Shown piece after piece: positions 31,201-44,358 of a stretch of DNA of 64,000 nt. Under the pieces are notes generated by a model. The model saw only the letters and a program-made list of their open reading frames with translations, was not told the origin of the DNA and did not search any database. How positions within the stretch are numbered: the first letter of the stretch is position 1; the number at the start of each line of letters is the position of its first letter. The stretch is from Raillietiella orientalis (lineage: Eukaryota), in the NCBI GenBank assembly GCA_036172245.1, contig JAYWIR010000063.1, positions 310,001 to 374,000 on the forward strand. The letters run 5' to 3'. The position numbers and the translations under genes are program-made.

Positions 31201-34200
31201 AGTGGAGGAGCCTGGGGCTTCAATGCTCCTGCACTAGGGCGAGACAGACGTCCCGTGACCTGCTTCCGCGATTCTTGGCACGCGCCCGACTCCCGGCTGG
31301 CGCCGTGATGTGGACGAGATATTGCGTCCGCGCCGCCCTCACGGTCCGCCATGTGCTCGAGACGCAGAGCTCAGCAAAAGGGAGGTCACCTGCATGGCAG
31401 CCGCCTACATGGGGACGACCTCTAGGTGACCTCATCTGGAAGGAGCAGATGAACAGGCAGCTCCAAATCAGGACACTTGTCCTCGCAGAGAGGTTATGAA
31501 CCATGGCTTGGAGCGCGCCAGCATGCCTCCTCGCCAGAATAGCAACCGGCTGCGAGGGACTGCCTTCGATCCTGGTAGACAAGAACACCAGTGTGAGGCA
31601 ATGTGGGAAAGCCGACAAGCGAAATGGGTGCTTCCGTGGAGGAGAGCACCTGGATCTCCTGCTTCCCCGCTAACCACACCGCCTGGCTCCAGGAGTCGGA
31701 TCTTCGCCTGGGGGAAGATCCACGGCTCGAGCGAGGCGGGTTACGCCCGCCTAAGACGAGGCAGGTACGCGCGACAGCCGCTTCAGGAGATCGGATGCAG
31801 CCCCGCGCAAGCTGCTGTGGACCTCGTTCATCCTCCTCACCCCAGTGCTGCCCTCCCCAACGGACGCAAGGGACAGCGACCTTCCGGAAAGATGTAAGGT
31901 GTCCTGCCTCATCCAAGTCAGGGAAAAACTTCTGAGAGCTCAAAGAAGGAGCATCCATTAAGCTGGAGTAAGAAATGGGGCTCGTTCGAACGCCTTTCCG
32001 TGTTGCATTCCCACGATACGTTTTGCAATTTGAAAAATAGGTGCTGTTCAAGTCGTGGCGGCCTCTCGACAGACAGAGATGACACGCATTGCGATTTTCT
32101 CTTTTTGAGGGCTGCCGCACTGACTTCCACGTCCCTCTTCGACTTTGGTTCTTCCGAGTCTGCAACCCATCGCGCCGAAAAGCATATGAAATTTGCGTTT
32201 CCATCGTCTCACAACAGCGGCAGTCGGAAGAATTGCCATTGCGACAGAGTTCCAGCTAGATCTTCTTAATCGAGTCGACTCCTGCACACCGTAGAATGCA
32301 GCGGCTCGTCGAGCGGATCTCATGCCATCCGAGTTGCTGTAGGAGAGGCACTTCGGTGCGCTTCCGTGGACGCACGGGACTGTTCGTCTCTGGTGCACTC
32401 GCGGGCTGGGGGGCTCTGGTCATTTTCTTGAACAAGAGGAAGCTCAGGTTATTTATTCTAAGGATTCTTCCTGCATTTTCTGCCGCCACAGCCGCGGCTG
32501 CCAAGCCGCCATCTCCTCGGAACATCCCAGCTCGAAGTGGACAATCAGCCCCAGGCACCCTCGCTGCCTTCCGCCGCGAAGCCCAGCTGGCCACGGGCCG
32601 CTTTCAAGTCGCTCGCCTCGTAATTTCAGGCTGCCTTGTTGGGTTCCGCGCGGACCGAGCACGGTGACGTCACGCCGCTTTCAGGCCTCCCACAGCTGTG
32701 AAGTCGAAAGGAAGGGATTTCAAAACATATGAGCCACTGGACAGGCTTCGCAAAGTTGCCAGGAGCCTCTCTCTCCCTCTTTACGAGTAACAAAAACGGA
32801 GAAAGAAGCGATACGACACTGCAGGAAACCATGACAGGAAAGCCGGGGGATCGCCGACCTACCCTTTCGGTCCGGAAGCTGAGCGAGATGCAGGGCAAAA
32901 TCGAGGCAGGATTGCAGAGGACCAATCCCCAGCGGTGGGAGGAGCCTCCCGCGCCCGACGCTTTGACGTGCTCAAGCGGCGAGGAGGGAGTGCGCCCGAC
33001 AGCGCCACCTTGGCAACCGCGCGCTGCGCACTGCCTCTCTCCTCGCCAATCAGAGAAGATGGAGCGTCGCTTCGTTCGTCCGCTGCATCGCCAAATGCGA
33101 ATCATCGCTCGGGGCAGAACGAGGCCCTCGACGGCAGTCTCTGTGCTGAGCTGGAGGTCACCTGGCTCCAAAAGCCACTATGCAGGCGTGGTGTGGGGCA
33201 CCCCTCTGCAGGCAGCCACCTTCACCGAGGAGGTTGCAGCATCCGCCTAGGTTTCATTCCATCCCCTTCTTCAAGGGGGAGTCTCTTTGGACAGTTGTGG
33301 GACATCATCGCTCGGGCAGTTGCAGAGGACGTCCGTGATGCGGTTCGCTGTCCTCGGAAAGGGCATTCTGCACGCCCAAGGCACTATGCGAAGGATCGCA
33401 GGAGTTGCCCAAGTGAGCGCCCGAGGCGGAATGGGTGGGCATCGCGGAGTGATGCCTACCCCTGCTGCGGCCCTCAGCAGAGAGCAGGCGAGCCGCTGCC
33501 TGCAGCCCCAGGGACACTCAGGACCCTCCGGAAGCAAAGATACAGGCTCCCACGTCGGTCCCTGCAAAGCGGCGCGCCCCGCCCCCCTCCTCCCCCAGGG
33601 AGAACGGAGACTCGGCGCACCCCGCAGGAACACGGGGGCGAAGAAGCAGAGACAGCCGACTCCCCACCCTCGGGACGCCCCCCGGGTGACACCTCCGAGC
33701 GGGAGACCCGGAAGAGCGCTCGCGGCACGGAGACGCCCTCTCTCCCTTCTGAACCGGCCGGCCGGCCGCCCGCAACGAGCGCTCCCGCCTGCCGAGGAAC
33801 GGTAGCGCTTCGCCTCCGGTGACGTCACGCACCCGAGCACGGCGGCCGCGACCCGCACACGCGAGAGAGGAAGAACCAAGGGCAGGGGTCGTAGGGGCAG
33901 GGCGGCGTCCTCCGGGCGGTCCTCCTCGTCCCCCAATGCACGAAGGACGTCGGCGACTCCCGCCGCCCTCGCGCGGAGGTACTGCATGCCCGGCTTGCGG
34001 TCGCGGATGCCGGCGCGGACGGAAGAGGCGCGACTTCCGGTTCCGGTGCTCAGTAAGGCTGGCCGCGGGACGGCGGTCAGGAGCGGGGCGCGCGGAAGGC
34101 GGGGACGTGGTCATCGTTCGAGGGGGAGACGAAGCGGCCTGGGTCATTTCGGGCGCGCAGAAGAATATTAGATGACCCACGACTGGGACGGTCACTCTGG

Positions 34201-35702
34201 GAGGGGGGGGAGCAGACCGTCTTCCCTCTCCACGAGGAAGTCCTCTCCAGGTTTCCCAACAGGGCATGCTGGATAGTCCCTCTTAAAAATAAGCTGACGA
34301 TTTCGGTAGGACCCTCGTCCCCACCGCGTGCACAAGTTCTCTTCCACCTGCCATTTGGTGGGTTTCGATAGGGAGACAAGGTGTGTGGGAGAGGGGAGAA
34401 CGAAAAAAAAGGTTCGAAAGACGTCTGTTCGGGGGGTTCGGTAAAGGATCCCGTGATGTCCCATCCAGCCTCCGCGGGATGCTGCTGGCAAGTGCTTTCC
34501 CAGTCCTGGTGTTTTCTAGGCAGGGCCATCCCGCTAACGAGTTTCGCCCCGCGGATGGTACCGCTGTTGCACCGTGCTCTTCTGCCGTGGCAAGCGGGGC
34601 AGGTCACCTTGCTAGTGTCACGCTGTCCTTTGCTTGCCTGAGGGAATTGAAACACCGAAGCGAAGGGGGCAAACGATGCCCTTAGGGCATCCTTCGTGGG
34701 TCTTCCGGTATTTCCTGCGGCGACTGTGCCCGGGCAGTGCGACTTGCGGAGAGGAGCAAGAGATCCGGTCGTTCTCCCCTCCGCCAAGGCAACTGTTCCC
34801 GGCGAGAGTCGGCCCCCGTCCTGGGAGGCCAGAACCCGGCAGCTGCTGACAAGGGGTGACCCCGGCCCTCAGAGGCTGGCTGGAACGCTCGGAGAGGAGT
34901 CGAGGCGAGGGCGCAACGATGTGCCATCCAGTTCTTCGCCGCCTCACGATGGGAGGGAAGGGGGGGGGGAGGGCAGATGGGACATCCACTCCGTCTTCGT
35001 GGGACCATCCATCCCGGCCTGGTGGGGCACAACGTCCTCTCGGAGCAACCGGGAGACAAAGAACGAGCCAAGGAGGATCCCGACTACATCTGGCTGATGC
35101 TGCAGAAGACCAGGAGGTTGTGAACTGTGACCCCGTCCCCTCCCTTCCTCCTCCAGTGCCCTCCTAACCTTCCATGTAACCACCTTCCATTGTTGCTAAG
35201 GAGACCCCAGCGCGGCAGCGGCGGCGGCGCCGGACGCTGCCACTTGCAGGGAAGCAAGGAAATGCCTTCGTGCACCGCGGTGGTCTCCAGGTCTTTCGAA
35301 AGGTGAGATGGAGGGGTCCTTTACCCCCAGTGTGGATCCGAAGGGGTCCTTCGGGACGGACGGTCGATTCCCCGATCAGCCGCCGAGACGTCTCCTTCCT
35401 GCAACCTCACGGGTGACCTCCCGCCTTCGTCCGTAAGCGACGCTGTTGTCCTTCGGTCGCGGGGTGCCATGCCGCAGGAACGAGAGGAAGACCGGCGTTG
35501 CTTGCCCGCGTGCCCTCGAATGCTCGGCGGGATCGATGCGGGGGCGCCACTCTTCCGCTCGCAAAGCGGCGCCGGAAGAACCCGCGGAATCCTCTCCCCT
35601 CCTCCCCTCTTCCTCTCTCTTCCGCGCTTTCCGTGGGTCTGGAGCACGCTCGTCTCCGGCCGTTGTGCTTGGACTCCCCCATCTCCCGAACGCAGGCCTC
35701 TC

Positions 35703-35716
35703 GTTGCCATGGAGAA
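35703..35716. promoter_or_regulatory. RFX X-box-like element upstream of the CFAP157-like gene
   Basis: GTTGCCATGGAGAA has a perfect first half-site and core and lies about 70 nt upstream of ATG 35786. Confidence 0.6.
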
Positions 35717-35785
35717 AACTACGCCCTGTCCTTTCGCCGCTCGACTGGGGTCGCGCGAGTTCTGAGGAGTGTGCAATCCGGATTA

Positions 35786-38700
35786 ATGATGACGAGGTTT
35801 CATCGAAAGAAGATCATGAAGAAAATCCCAAGTAAGAGGAGCGTAGGGATTTTCAAGAGGAGGAAGGTCAAACGCAGAGGTAGGAAAGCAAAGAAGAAGT
35901 TCGTTCGCAAGAAGCGGAAGATGACGTCGAAGGCGAAAAAAAACTTCTGCGAAAGCAAGGAAAACTTGCAGAACTTGGTGCTGAAAACGGTGGACAAGAA
36001 GCTGGAAAGGTGAGCACACCGGTTCGTTTTCCTTTCCACTCGCGGGGCACTGCATTGGCTTGCACGGGTTTCACGCAACCCCCCCCTACGCGTTTGAAAC
36101 AGCGGACAAGCCGAGGACGCGCTTAGCACTGGCTATTCCCACCCGAGGGAAGAGGCACGTTTGCGAGGAAAAAAATGTTTCTGTACACTCATATGGTTCG
36201 TATTATTCGTGCATGTGTCCCCCCCCCCCCCCGTTTTGTAAGGAGAATGATCCTGCAGGAACGCTGGCGCGAAGGAGGGGAGGGAGGAACCTTGGCTGTC
36301 TCGGCCGTGTCAACAGCTTGCTTTTCGCCTTAGGCAGATGGCGTTGGAGACCAGCATGAGCTCAAAACTGAAGGCGATTGAGGGTGAGATCCGAAGGGAG
36401 CAGAAGGTTTTCGCCGAGGTCGCGGCGTACCTCAGGAGGCACGTGGACAACCAGCGCAGCGAATACTCCGAGATGGTTGAAAGGGAAAAAGGAATTCAGA
36501 AAGTGAGGTCCAGAATACTTAGGAAGACAGCCGCGCGCGCGCAACGTCAGCAACGTGCTGCTGTTGCGTTTGTGAATGAAAGGTGATGTTGAGAAAGAAA
36601 CTTTGGATGGCCGATGCTTAGGCAGAGGGTTGGAGTAACAAGACGACGGCATCCATCCTTCCTTTTCATAGTTCAGTCCCCCTTGGAAAGAAAAAACAAA
36701 CGAACGAAAACGCGTTTTTTTTTTTACACAGCTTCACGAAGGAGCACCCGGGTTGGGCCCTTCCCCAACCATCGACCAAAATCCACGATAAAAAGAGCAG
36801 CGTGATCGTGAAGCAAGGAAGACCAAAAAAGGAAAACAAGACACGGTCGAGGAAGCGGTCAATTCTCACCTTCCCAACGAGAAGTATCTGTCCATCGGCC
36901 TCTTTACTCCGAGCCTCCGCTTAAGCGTCGGCCACCCCAATTTGGAGGGAAAAATTGCTTCCCGTTACCCTGTCTTCGGATCATTTTAAAATCCCAGTAT
37001 GCAACTCGTGCTGACACGTGAGGTAACCTGCAGATAAACGCAGTGGTTCTGTGTGTGGGGGGGGGGGGGGAAGCGACGCGTGTAAGGAACACACCTCCAC
37101 GCTTTGCCGCTCTGAACCGTCGTGACCCGCACACCAAAAAGAATCACCATCCATAAGAAGTCATCAGAGAAAAAACAAAAACGATGAGGACGCAAACACC
37201 CCCCACCCACCAAAAAAAAAAAAAAAAAATTGGACCAGTGACACACGCGATGCTGAGCTCAAATGACTGGCTCAAAGGATCACATCAGCCACCGCTCGAC
37301 ACTTGCATTCTTTTTGGTCATCTCTTTGCGCTCCGAACGATGACATCTGTCATCATGTCGATACGGTGAGTGGATTTTCGATAGACCGGAGCAACAGGAA
37401 TCTTACTTGAATGCATGACTTTTACTGACGACTTTCGCTTTCTCCGAATCCCACAGGAGCTCCACGATGTCCTGAAAAGCTTTCAGACGAGTTTGAGGCA
37501 AAGGGAGGTGGAGAGAGATCAGGTTCTGGAGGAGTTTTCGACCAAAACATCCTTATCAGGTACGGTGTTTGCCCGTCGCTGCATGCCTCCGTTTTGAAAG
37601 GCCAGTAGCGACCCTGCGAGAAGATCGTTGCTATTGGCCTGGGACGATGGAAAATCCTTGGGTTCTCTTTCTGTCCTCGCTATTTGTTTTCTTTTTTTTT
37701 TTTTGGTTTGCTAAGTGCCCCTCAAGAGCCGGGCGCGTGCCTCGCGGCGCACATGGCCCTTTTAAACACACAGTTTTGTTTACACGCCACTCCGCCTGCG
37801 GCAGCCCGCAGGGGGGGCGTGTAAATTCTTCAGGACAGGGGGCACCCACGGGATGGAGGGATCCTCCCTATGAATCAAGGAATGGCTCCGAGTCCGTTCC
37901 TCTCACGCTTGGGGAGGGATCCCCCCTGGACGGGGGGGGATCGCACCTCCCCCCCTGGTTGTCTCCGAAGGTAAACCCCGAAGGGAACCTCCTTCCTCAT
38001 TCTCTCCGGAGGGACACCCCCCCCTAATGGGAAGGGGCTGCCCTCTCCATTTAATCTTCTCCGAAGGGAACCCAGAAAGGATCCGCTTGTAGGAATTTCT
38101 TCTCCGGAGGGAACCCGCGAGGGAACCGCTCCTGTTCACTCCTCTGAAGAGAACCTCGAAAGGATGCTTCCGAAACTCAGAAGGGGCGCTGCAGCTTCCC
38201 GCAGGGGGATCGCTCTCGCTTGCTTCCTTGTGCACACTCTGTGAAGAGGAGACGACTCGGAGGATCCCCCCGCAACAGGAAGGGTCCGCTCCTTTGAACA
38301 ACTGGAGAGGTGCCCGTGAGGGCTCCTGCTCCATCTCGAAACCGGAGGGGTCCCCCGGTGAGGGGGGTCCGCTCTCCGTTGCACGACAGAAGGGGGAACT
38401 CCCCACTCGTTGATTCCTGGAAGGACCCGAAGGTAGACTTCCATTTCGTTCGCCTTCATCCGGCTTAAACCACCACCGTTGCCACGCACGAATGTCTCAG
38501 CGCCATTGCAGGAGGAACTCGGAACCCAACGACGCAGTGGCGTCAGAGTTTCTGCCGGAGTATTCGAACCCGCGACGCACGGTGCCACGCACGGAAGCCT
38601 TAACCACAAGGTCTCCGACGCGGGTCTGTGATTAAGGCTTCGTTTTAACCCGGACATACCGCGGCATTTATTTAGAGAAGAAGAAAGTACAAGAACATTT

Positions 38701-41700
38701 TTCTCCTGGTGAGATCTTGGGCCCACCACGTCACTGCAACTTGCTGGTTGCCAGTGCACAGACTGGCGAGGTCCATCCTACGCGCTGGGGTAGGGATAAA
38801 ACAAACAAAAAGAAACAAAAGGAGTAACCTGGGGAGAAAAGAAATGCGTAGTGGTGGGGAGGGCGGGGGAAGGATCACATTGCGCGTCGATGGGTCCTCT
38901 ATATCTTGTTCAGGATCTTAGCAGGCTGCGTTCTCGCTGCGCGCAGGTAGCGCCACCTGGAGATGTTTCGCGCCAGTGTATGGCGTCCCTGCCGTTCCGA
39001 CGTCTTCTGATCGCGTGCCAAGCCGCCACGATTCCACCAAAGCAGCACAGCACCGCTACACACGCTGCCGGGGGCAAAGTGACACGAGGAAGAGGCGCCT
39101 GAAAATGTCCCTGGGGTCGCGTCCGCCAATGTTCATGCCTTCGCGTTCGAGTCGGGAAGTCTGGTCTTCGAACGGGCCTTCCTTCATGCACTTTCCGAAT
39201 TTAATTATTTTTTTTTTAAAAAAAAAAAAACGTGGAAGGAAAAACAAGCAAGTACCGTCGCGCAGATTTTAAAAAAGGAGTTTGGAGGCGAGCAAGTTCA
39301 AGTTCAAGAGTTCGCGTTCTTGAACTTTGCTCTTCTTATCTCCTGCCTTCCGCTTCTTCCCTTCCGTGTGGCTGAGATCTCCTTGCGCTTCTTCCTTCTC
39401 CACGAACGAACCCGTTCGAGTGGTGAACGCGACCTTGCATGGCAGAGTGCAAAAGTCAGTCCACATCTTGCCACGAACGAGTCCGTGCTCAAGCTTCCCT
39501 CTCTCTTGAACCTGCCCCCCAAAAGTAACTTTTCAATCTTTGGTCCAGTGAGTGCTCAGCTTTGTACGGTAGACGTCCGCATAACGCGAGGCTTCCGCGC
39601 TATACGAGCCCTGCGGGTCGCGTGGACGTGGTTGACGTGACAGCATTCGCGAAAGGCATCTCATAACAGTAGATGCTAAAAGCAAGGACGTTTCAAGAGG
39701 TTTCCTTGACCTGTGGTCAGTCGAAGCCGCCCCGCAATTTCCGCTCTGTCGTTCTCGTGGCTGGAGAAGGCGCCTCCTCGAGCTGTTTGGTTCGCAAAAG
39801 TTCGGACGGAATGGAATTCAACCAACTCGAACCACGCGTTCGGCCGAACAGATATACTTTACCACGGAAGCGGCACTCATCCACAGCGCCGTATCCACTC
39901 GCAGAATCTCCGCGTTGCAGGTGCGAGGACCGCCGCCATATTTCCGTCGCTACGTTATGCAGGGCTCTGCCGTACTCACTGGATTCCTTCTGAAACGCTA
40001 GACTTTGCCAAGGAAACGGAAATGACCACATGATTCGCTTTAAACGTTTCACTTACGGCGGCTCCCTCTCCTATATTCCAACCCCTGCGGGTGTTGGGTG
40101 TCCAGAAATATCCCGGGGGAGAGAGGATGGATGGCGATCGGCGAGCCGATCCTCATCCAGCCACCCACAATTCCTTGGCAAAGTCGAGCACTTTCGCACT
40201 GCCGACTGAGAATTGGCTTATGGTTCTTTGTGACGCGTCCACATGCAGTAAATGAGAACTCGGTGATTACGGACAGCTCACCGACACATTTCCGAGGTCA
40301 TCAGCTCACCGCAAAAACAAACAAGCGAGCAGACTCGCACAGAACCAGGGGTGCTGCCCCCTCATTTCCAAGTGCAAATAAGGAGGATGGAATAATCGAG
40401 AGACGGAGATCGCCATTTTATCGACATTACCGTTCCGAACGCGTAGCTGCGGAAATGCGTCATTAGGGAATGAAGACAACAGAAATGCGAGGAAACTCGC
40501 GCGTGCACCTGGCAACACTGAACGGCGACAGAGCTTCGTGTGCCTTGGCAAGCAGCCATTCCCAAAGTCCTGCATTTTCTTTTTCCTTTTTTTTTTTATT
40601 CATGCACATACTGACGTGTGAATCGGCGGAAGGATACGAATACTACGCGGCCTATTTCTTTTGTGAACCGACGACTCCTTTCTTTGGCTGATCTGCCGAC
40701 CAGCGAATCCCGGGCGCGTTCCCGAAGCTGCATGGTGTTTTTGACAGGGCGGGAGGGTACATGACCACTCTTGTTCCCAGGAAGCATCCTCGCATCCATC
40801 GAGAAATCCAAGTTGCTCCTGGAAGAGAAGAAGCGGCAGCTGGAGGAGCTGAGGACGTCGCTGGGGGAAGCCGAGAGTGGATGCGGCGCGGGGGTTGAAA
40901 GCGTCGCCGCTAGACGAACGGATGGCAGCACGAAGTAAGGAGAGAAACCTCTCCTGCGCCTGGTCTTTCGTGAGAATTTTTCGTCCTTGGGGAATGACAG
41001 TCCAGTGGAGACAGCCCAGCGTCCTTTCGCTTGTTGACTTCTGCTCGGCCGCCCGGCGGCTGTCACGAAAGCGTGCAGTGCGGAGTGCACGCGAAGGCGG
41101 ACCTGCGGAGTTTCCGGCACGCCCACCTTAAAAGAGTCTGAATGCTGATGCTTCCTCAACCGAAGAATCGCCTATCCTCGACCGTAGGGAGACCGTTATG
41201 CGCCGTAGGGAGAATCGGTTTTTCTTCCTCCGGGAAGCGTTTCTCTCGGTCGTCGGGGACGGCTGCTTCATCCGGGAGCACCCGCGGCTGCCGAGCCTCG
41301 CCGTCCGAGGGCAAGCCTTCCTCTACCAGTCCTTCGTCTCTACAGGCGTGATGGCGGCGAAGTTCCGCAGAGCCCGTCACATCTCTGGGATCGGGCAGTG
41401 GGGTGAACCCTTGGACTTTTGGGAGCGACCGCGCTGCACAGAATGAACCTGCGCCTGCGGACCCCCCCGCTGCCCTATCTATGACTGCTTTATTTATTTA
41501 TTCATTCATCCCTTTAATTAGTTATTCTTTCATTCATTCATTCATTTATCTGGTTATTCATTCATTTTTTACTCATTTATTGATTTGCTTTCGTTTGTTC
41601 CCGCTGTTTCCGCTGCGGACTCCCCTGGCGACATAGGGGGTGCGGTGTTCCCGGGAACTCGCAGAAGCCGCTGCTCGTTGTGGGCTGTCTGGGATGGGTT

Positions 41701-44358
41701 GAGGAACGCGCCAACTCGGCAACTTGAGTTCTTGTTCTTCGACGCGCGTGCCCGGGCCGGGGCGCTCGACGCCTCGGCCCGGGCCTATGGTCTCTGTGTT
41801 CTCGTCCGTAGTTGCCAAGACAGCTCAAAACGCAACAACGAAACGAAAGCGAGAACGTTTTTGAGTCATTCAGAAGCTCCCTGGGCGGAGCAGGTGCGAA
41901 ACGGGGCTGCACTTTCCCAGCGGCGGCTGCTGGCCCACGGCCGCCCTCCACGGTGGAGGCGGCGGAACGTCGCCTCTGCCCCGTCGAGGTCTTCCGCTCC
42001 CCGAACTGACACCTCGAAACGCGGAAGCGGCGAAATCGCCGGGAGGAAGCTGGAGCGGAAGTGACCTCGTTCGTCTGGAGGGGCACTCCCTCCATCGAAA
42101 AGGTGGGCGATCGCATCATTCTTCCACAGGAGCCGGCGGACCCCCTGTAGCTCAGACACTCCCATCTCTTCCTTCATTCTCCGCACTCATCCGGCTCGCT
42201 GCCGGTCTGCGCGGATAAAAAAAGTGCCACACTCAGCCGGCTGAGAATTTCGCATTTTTTGGGTTCTCCTCCGAGAGGGTGTAGGCGTCTGACATGTGTT
42301 GTTTTTTCACGCCTGTCTCTTAGCGTGCCCAGCGCGATGCAGGAAACGCTGGAGCAGCAGGCACGGTGCGCAAAGGCCTCACTTTCCCGGAAGTTCCCGG
42401 CCAGCAAGCGCGTCGTTTCCCTATGCATCCAGGAAGAGGGAGAGCTGAAGTCGCTGCTCTCGCTGGAGAACGCGCTGGTGCAGTCCAGGAGATCCATGGA
42501 AGATGACATCCGTATGATCGATGAGCGGAGGCTAATTCTGTTGGATAAGATCAAGAACGAGTTGGTCCGAGGGACCAGGTGCTCCAAGGTACCGTTTGAC
42601 GGGTCATTTCCGGGTGGGGGTGGAGGAATTCGCCTTCTCGCAAGTGCATCCCGCTGGATCGCTCTCTTTACCTCTCTCCACTTGGGGATCGAGATTCCCC
42701 TTTCCCTCCCCCCTTGAAAGGTGGGGCGGCGGTTCTCTTCGTTTGGGACGGAATTCGCCTCGGGAGCGGTAGGCTCGGCGGAAGCGCCGGACGCTGGCGT
42801 CTCAAAGCTCCCTTGTCCAGCGCAGACTCCCCGCTAACGAGAAGTTGACTCACCCTCCTCCTCCACCCCAGTCGGCGGTCATTTCGACTTCTCCGAAATG
42901 ACCGCTTCCCTCCCTCCCTCCTTCCCCTTTTCCTGAAGATCCGAAACTCCCGCGGTTGGCCGGCGAGCAACCGGACGACTAGCCGCTCCTCGAGCGCGAG
43001 ACAGGAAGCGGCCGTTGACCGGTGACCGCGTCGGCTGGGAAAGTCGCTCTCGGAAGCCATCGAGTGCGTCCGAAGAGTCCTTGCCTTTTGAGCGGACATG
43101 GGCTTTGAGGCCATCCTGCTCAAGGGACCTTCCCGTTCCCATGCTCTGCCGAGAGTGGGGGTGACCGTACTCGCGTCGTTTCCGGCGGATTCCTTAGGGC
43201 GCTGGTCTTCAGAGGGAGTCTCCGGAACGACCACGTGGCTTCCCTTTCTCTCTTATGAGCTATAAGAGGGGGGCAGCAGACCCGGCCGCAACGGTTGTCA
43301 AAGACGCCATCTTTTTCCTGGTTCTATAAGAACGAAAAGCGAAGATCGCCTAGCGGCTGATGAAGATCTTTGAAACCGTCCCCTGGGGTGAGTGTTGACT
43401 CTTCGAGTTAGGGGGCAACCCGGAGGGATGACCTTGTGAATCCAGGAAGGATCCGCAGCAAAAAGTCCGTTCCTCCCTGCCTCTAATGTTCGTCAGCAAG
43501 AAGTGTTCGTCACGTGTTCCGAGTTTGTCTGTCTATCCTCGTTGACCTGCCGCTTGAGACACAAAGAATCATCTTGCAAATGAAAGCATGGCGCACCCGA
43601 CACCCCTACTAAGAAAGCAGAACGCAAGAGTCGTCATTCAGCGATGAGATCTGCATCCATGGTGCACATGCATTCTGCACACCTTCCAGAGACGTGCGCG
43701 GGGCTGGTGATGAGCGAGAAAGCAGCCTCCACCGCTAATCTGTGAGTCAGCATCACAAACGAGCAACGTCATGAATTCCGGAAGAAAATTCCAACAGTGG
43801 CATCTGGACCGTCATGCTGCTTCCACTGTTTCCTTTGGATCGCTTTCGGTTCGCTGCAGACCGTACCGTACCCAATGCGTACCGTTGCGCGGCGTTCAGG
43901 CGATCAGAATGGCAGAATTCCAGGCCGGCAGAATTCCGTGCCGGCATGGAGAGTCTCGAAGTTTCCGTTCAAGGCGCCATCCGAAGCCCAATGCATGTTT
44001 TTCATTTGTGTTACTCATTCAGTGTCTTTAACTATCTATTTATTTATTTTTCCCCCAGCTGTGGAAGGAAGTGGTCCAGGCCAAAAACGCAAACCGAATT
44101 GCACAATCGCTGTCCGAGAAGTTGGAGCTCCTCAAGAACGACAGCTCGAGGAAACGCCACCTCATAATGGGTGTCCAAGAAGCCATCGGTAAACTGGAGG
44201 CTTCCATAGACGACTCGAAACGGGAACTCGGCGAAAAAAGGGATGCTGTGCAGCTTCGAAAAAATCGAATCCACCTCATCAAAGCCAAGCTGGAGCAGAT
44301 CTCTTCTTTCATCAAAGCCCAGTTAAACATCAGTGATGAAAGCATGCGCGCGCTGTGA
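35786..44358 (+). CDS. Coiled-coil protein of about 404 aa, CFAP157-like (cilia/flagella-associated)
   Basis: Six GT-AG exons join in phase: 35786-36009, 36334-36502, 37457-37559, 40781-40934, 42324-42588, 44059-44358. EVAAYLRRHVDNQRSE and GSILASIEKSKLLLEE resemble CFAP157 EIVAFLKRTLNQQVDE and GKLAALEEFRLQKEE (from memory). The N-terminus is Lys-rich and an X-box lies upstream. Confidence 0.7.
37690..38620 (-). mobile_element. tRNA-headed SINE-like element, copy B, with internal degenerate repeats of about 40 bp and a poly(A) tail
   Basis: Minus-strand head GACCTTGTGGTTAAGGC...GCGGGTTCGAATAC (A/B-box-like); repeated TCTCCGRAGGGAACCC units at 37960-38400; T run at 37692-37704 on + (A tail on -). 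Confidence 0.6.
38648..39150 (-). mobile_element. L1/Tx1-type LINE 3' fragment, same family
   Basis: PRDIFRRLF...VAVLCCFGGIVAAW...RDAIH; shares TGAAAATGTCCCTGGGG with the 27330 copy and the 3' UTR hairpin and terminal motif with the 44674 copy. Confidence 0.7.
41488..41585. repeat. Degenerate (TTCA/TTTA)n microsatellite
   Basis: Directly visible AT-rich tetranucleotide tract inside a GC-rich intron. Confidence 0.8.

Noticed and set aside
28969..35300. Numerous 150-300 aa Arg/Pro/Gly-rich ORFs
   Set aside because: Open by chance in GC-rich, repeat-derived DNA; I could not build a phase-consistent gene model.
35786..36009. Alternative genetic code (TAA/TAG read as sense) in the acidic frame
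   Set aside because: The stop-free basic frame splices in phase at 36334, and TAA terminates USP9X normally.
37960..38400. CRISPR-like repeat-spacer array
   Set aside because: Units are degenerate and irregular, no cas genes are present, the context is eukaryotic, and the array lies inside a dispersed SINE-like repeat.
38545..38620. Functional tRNA gene
   Set aside because: Acceptor and anticodon stems do not pair properly; treated as a SINE head.
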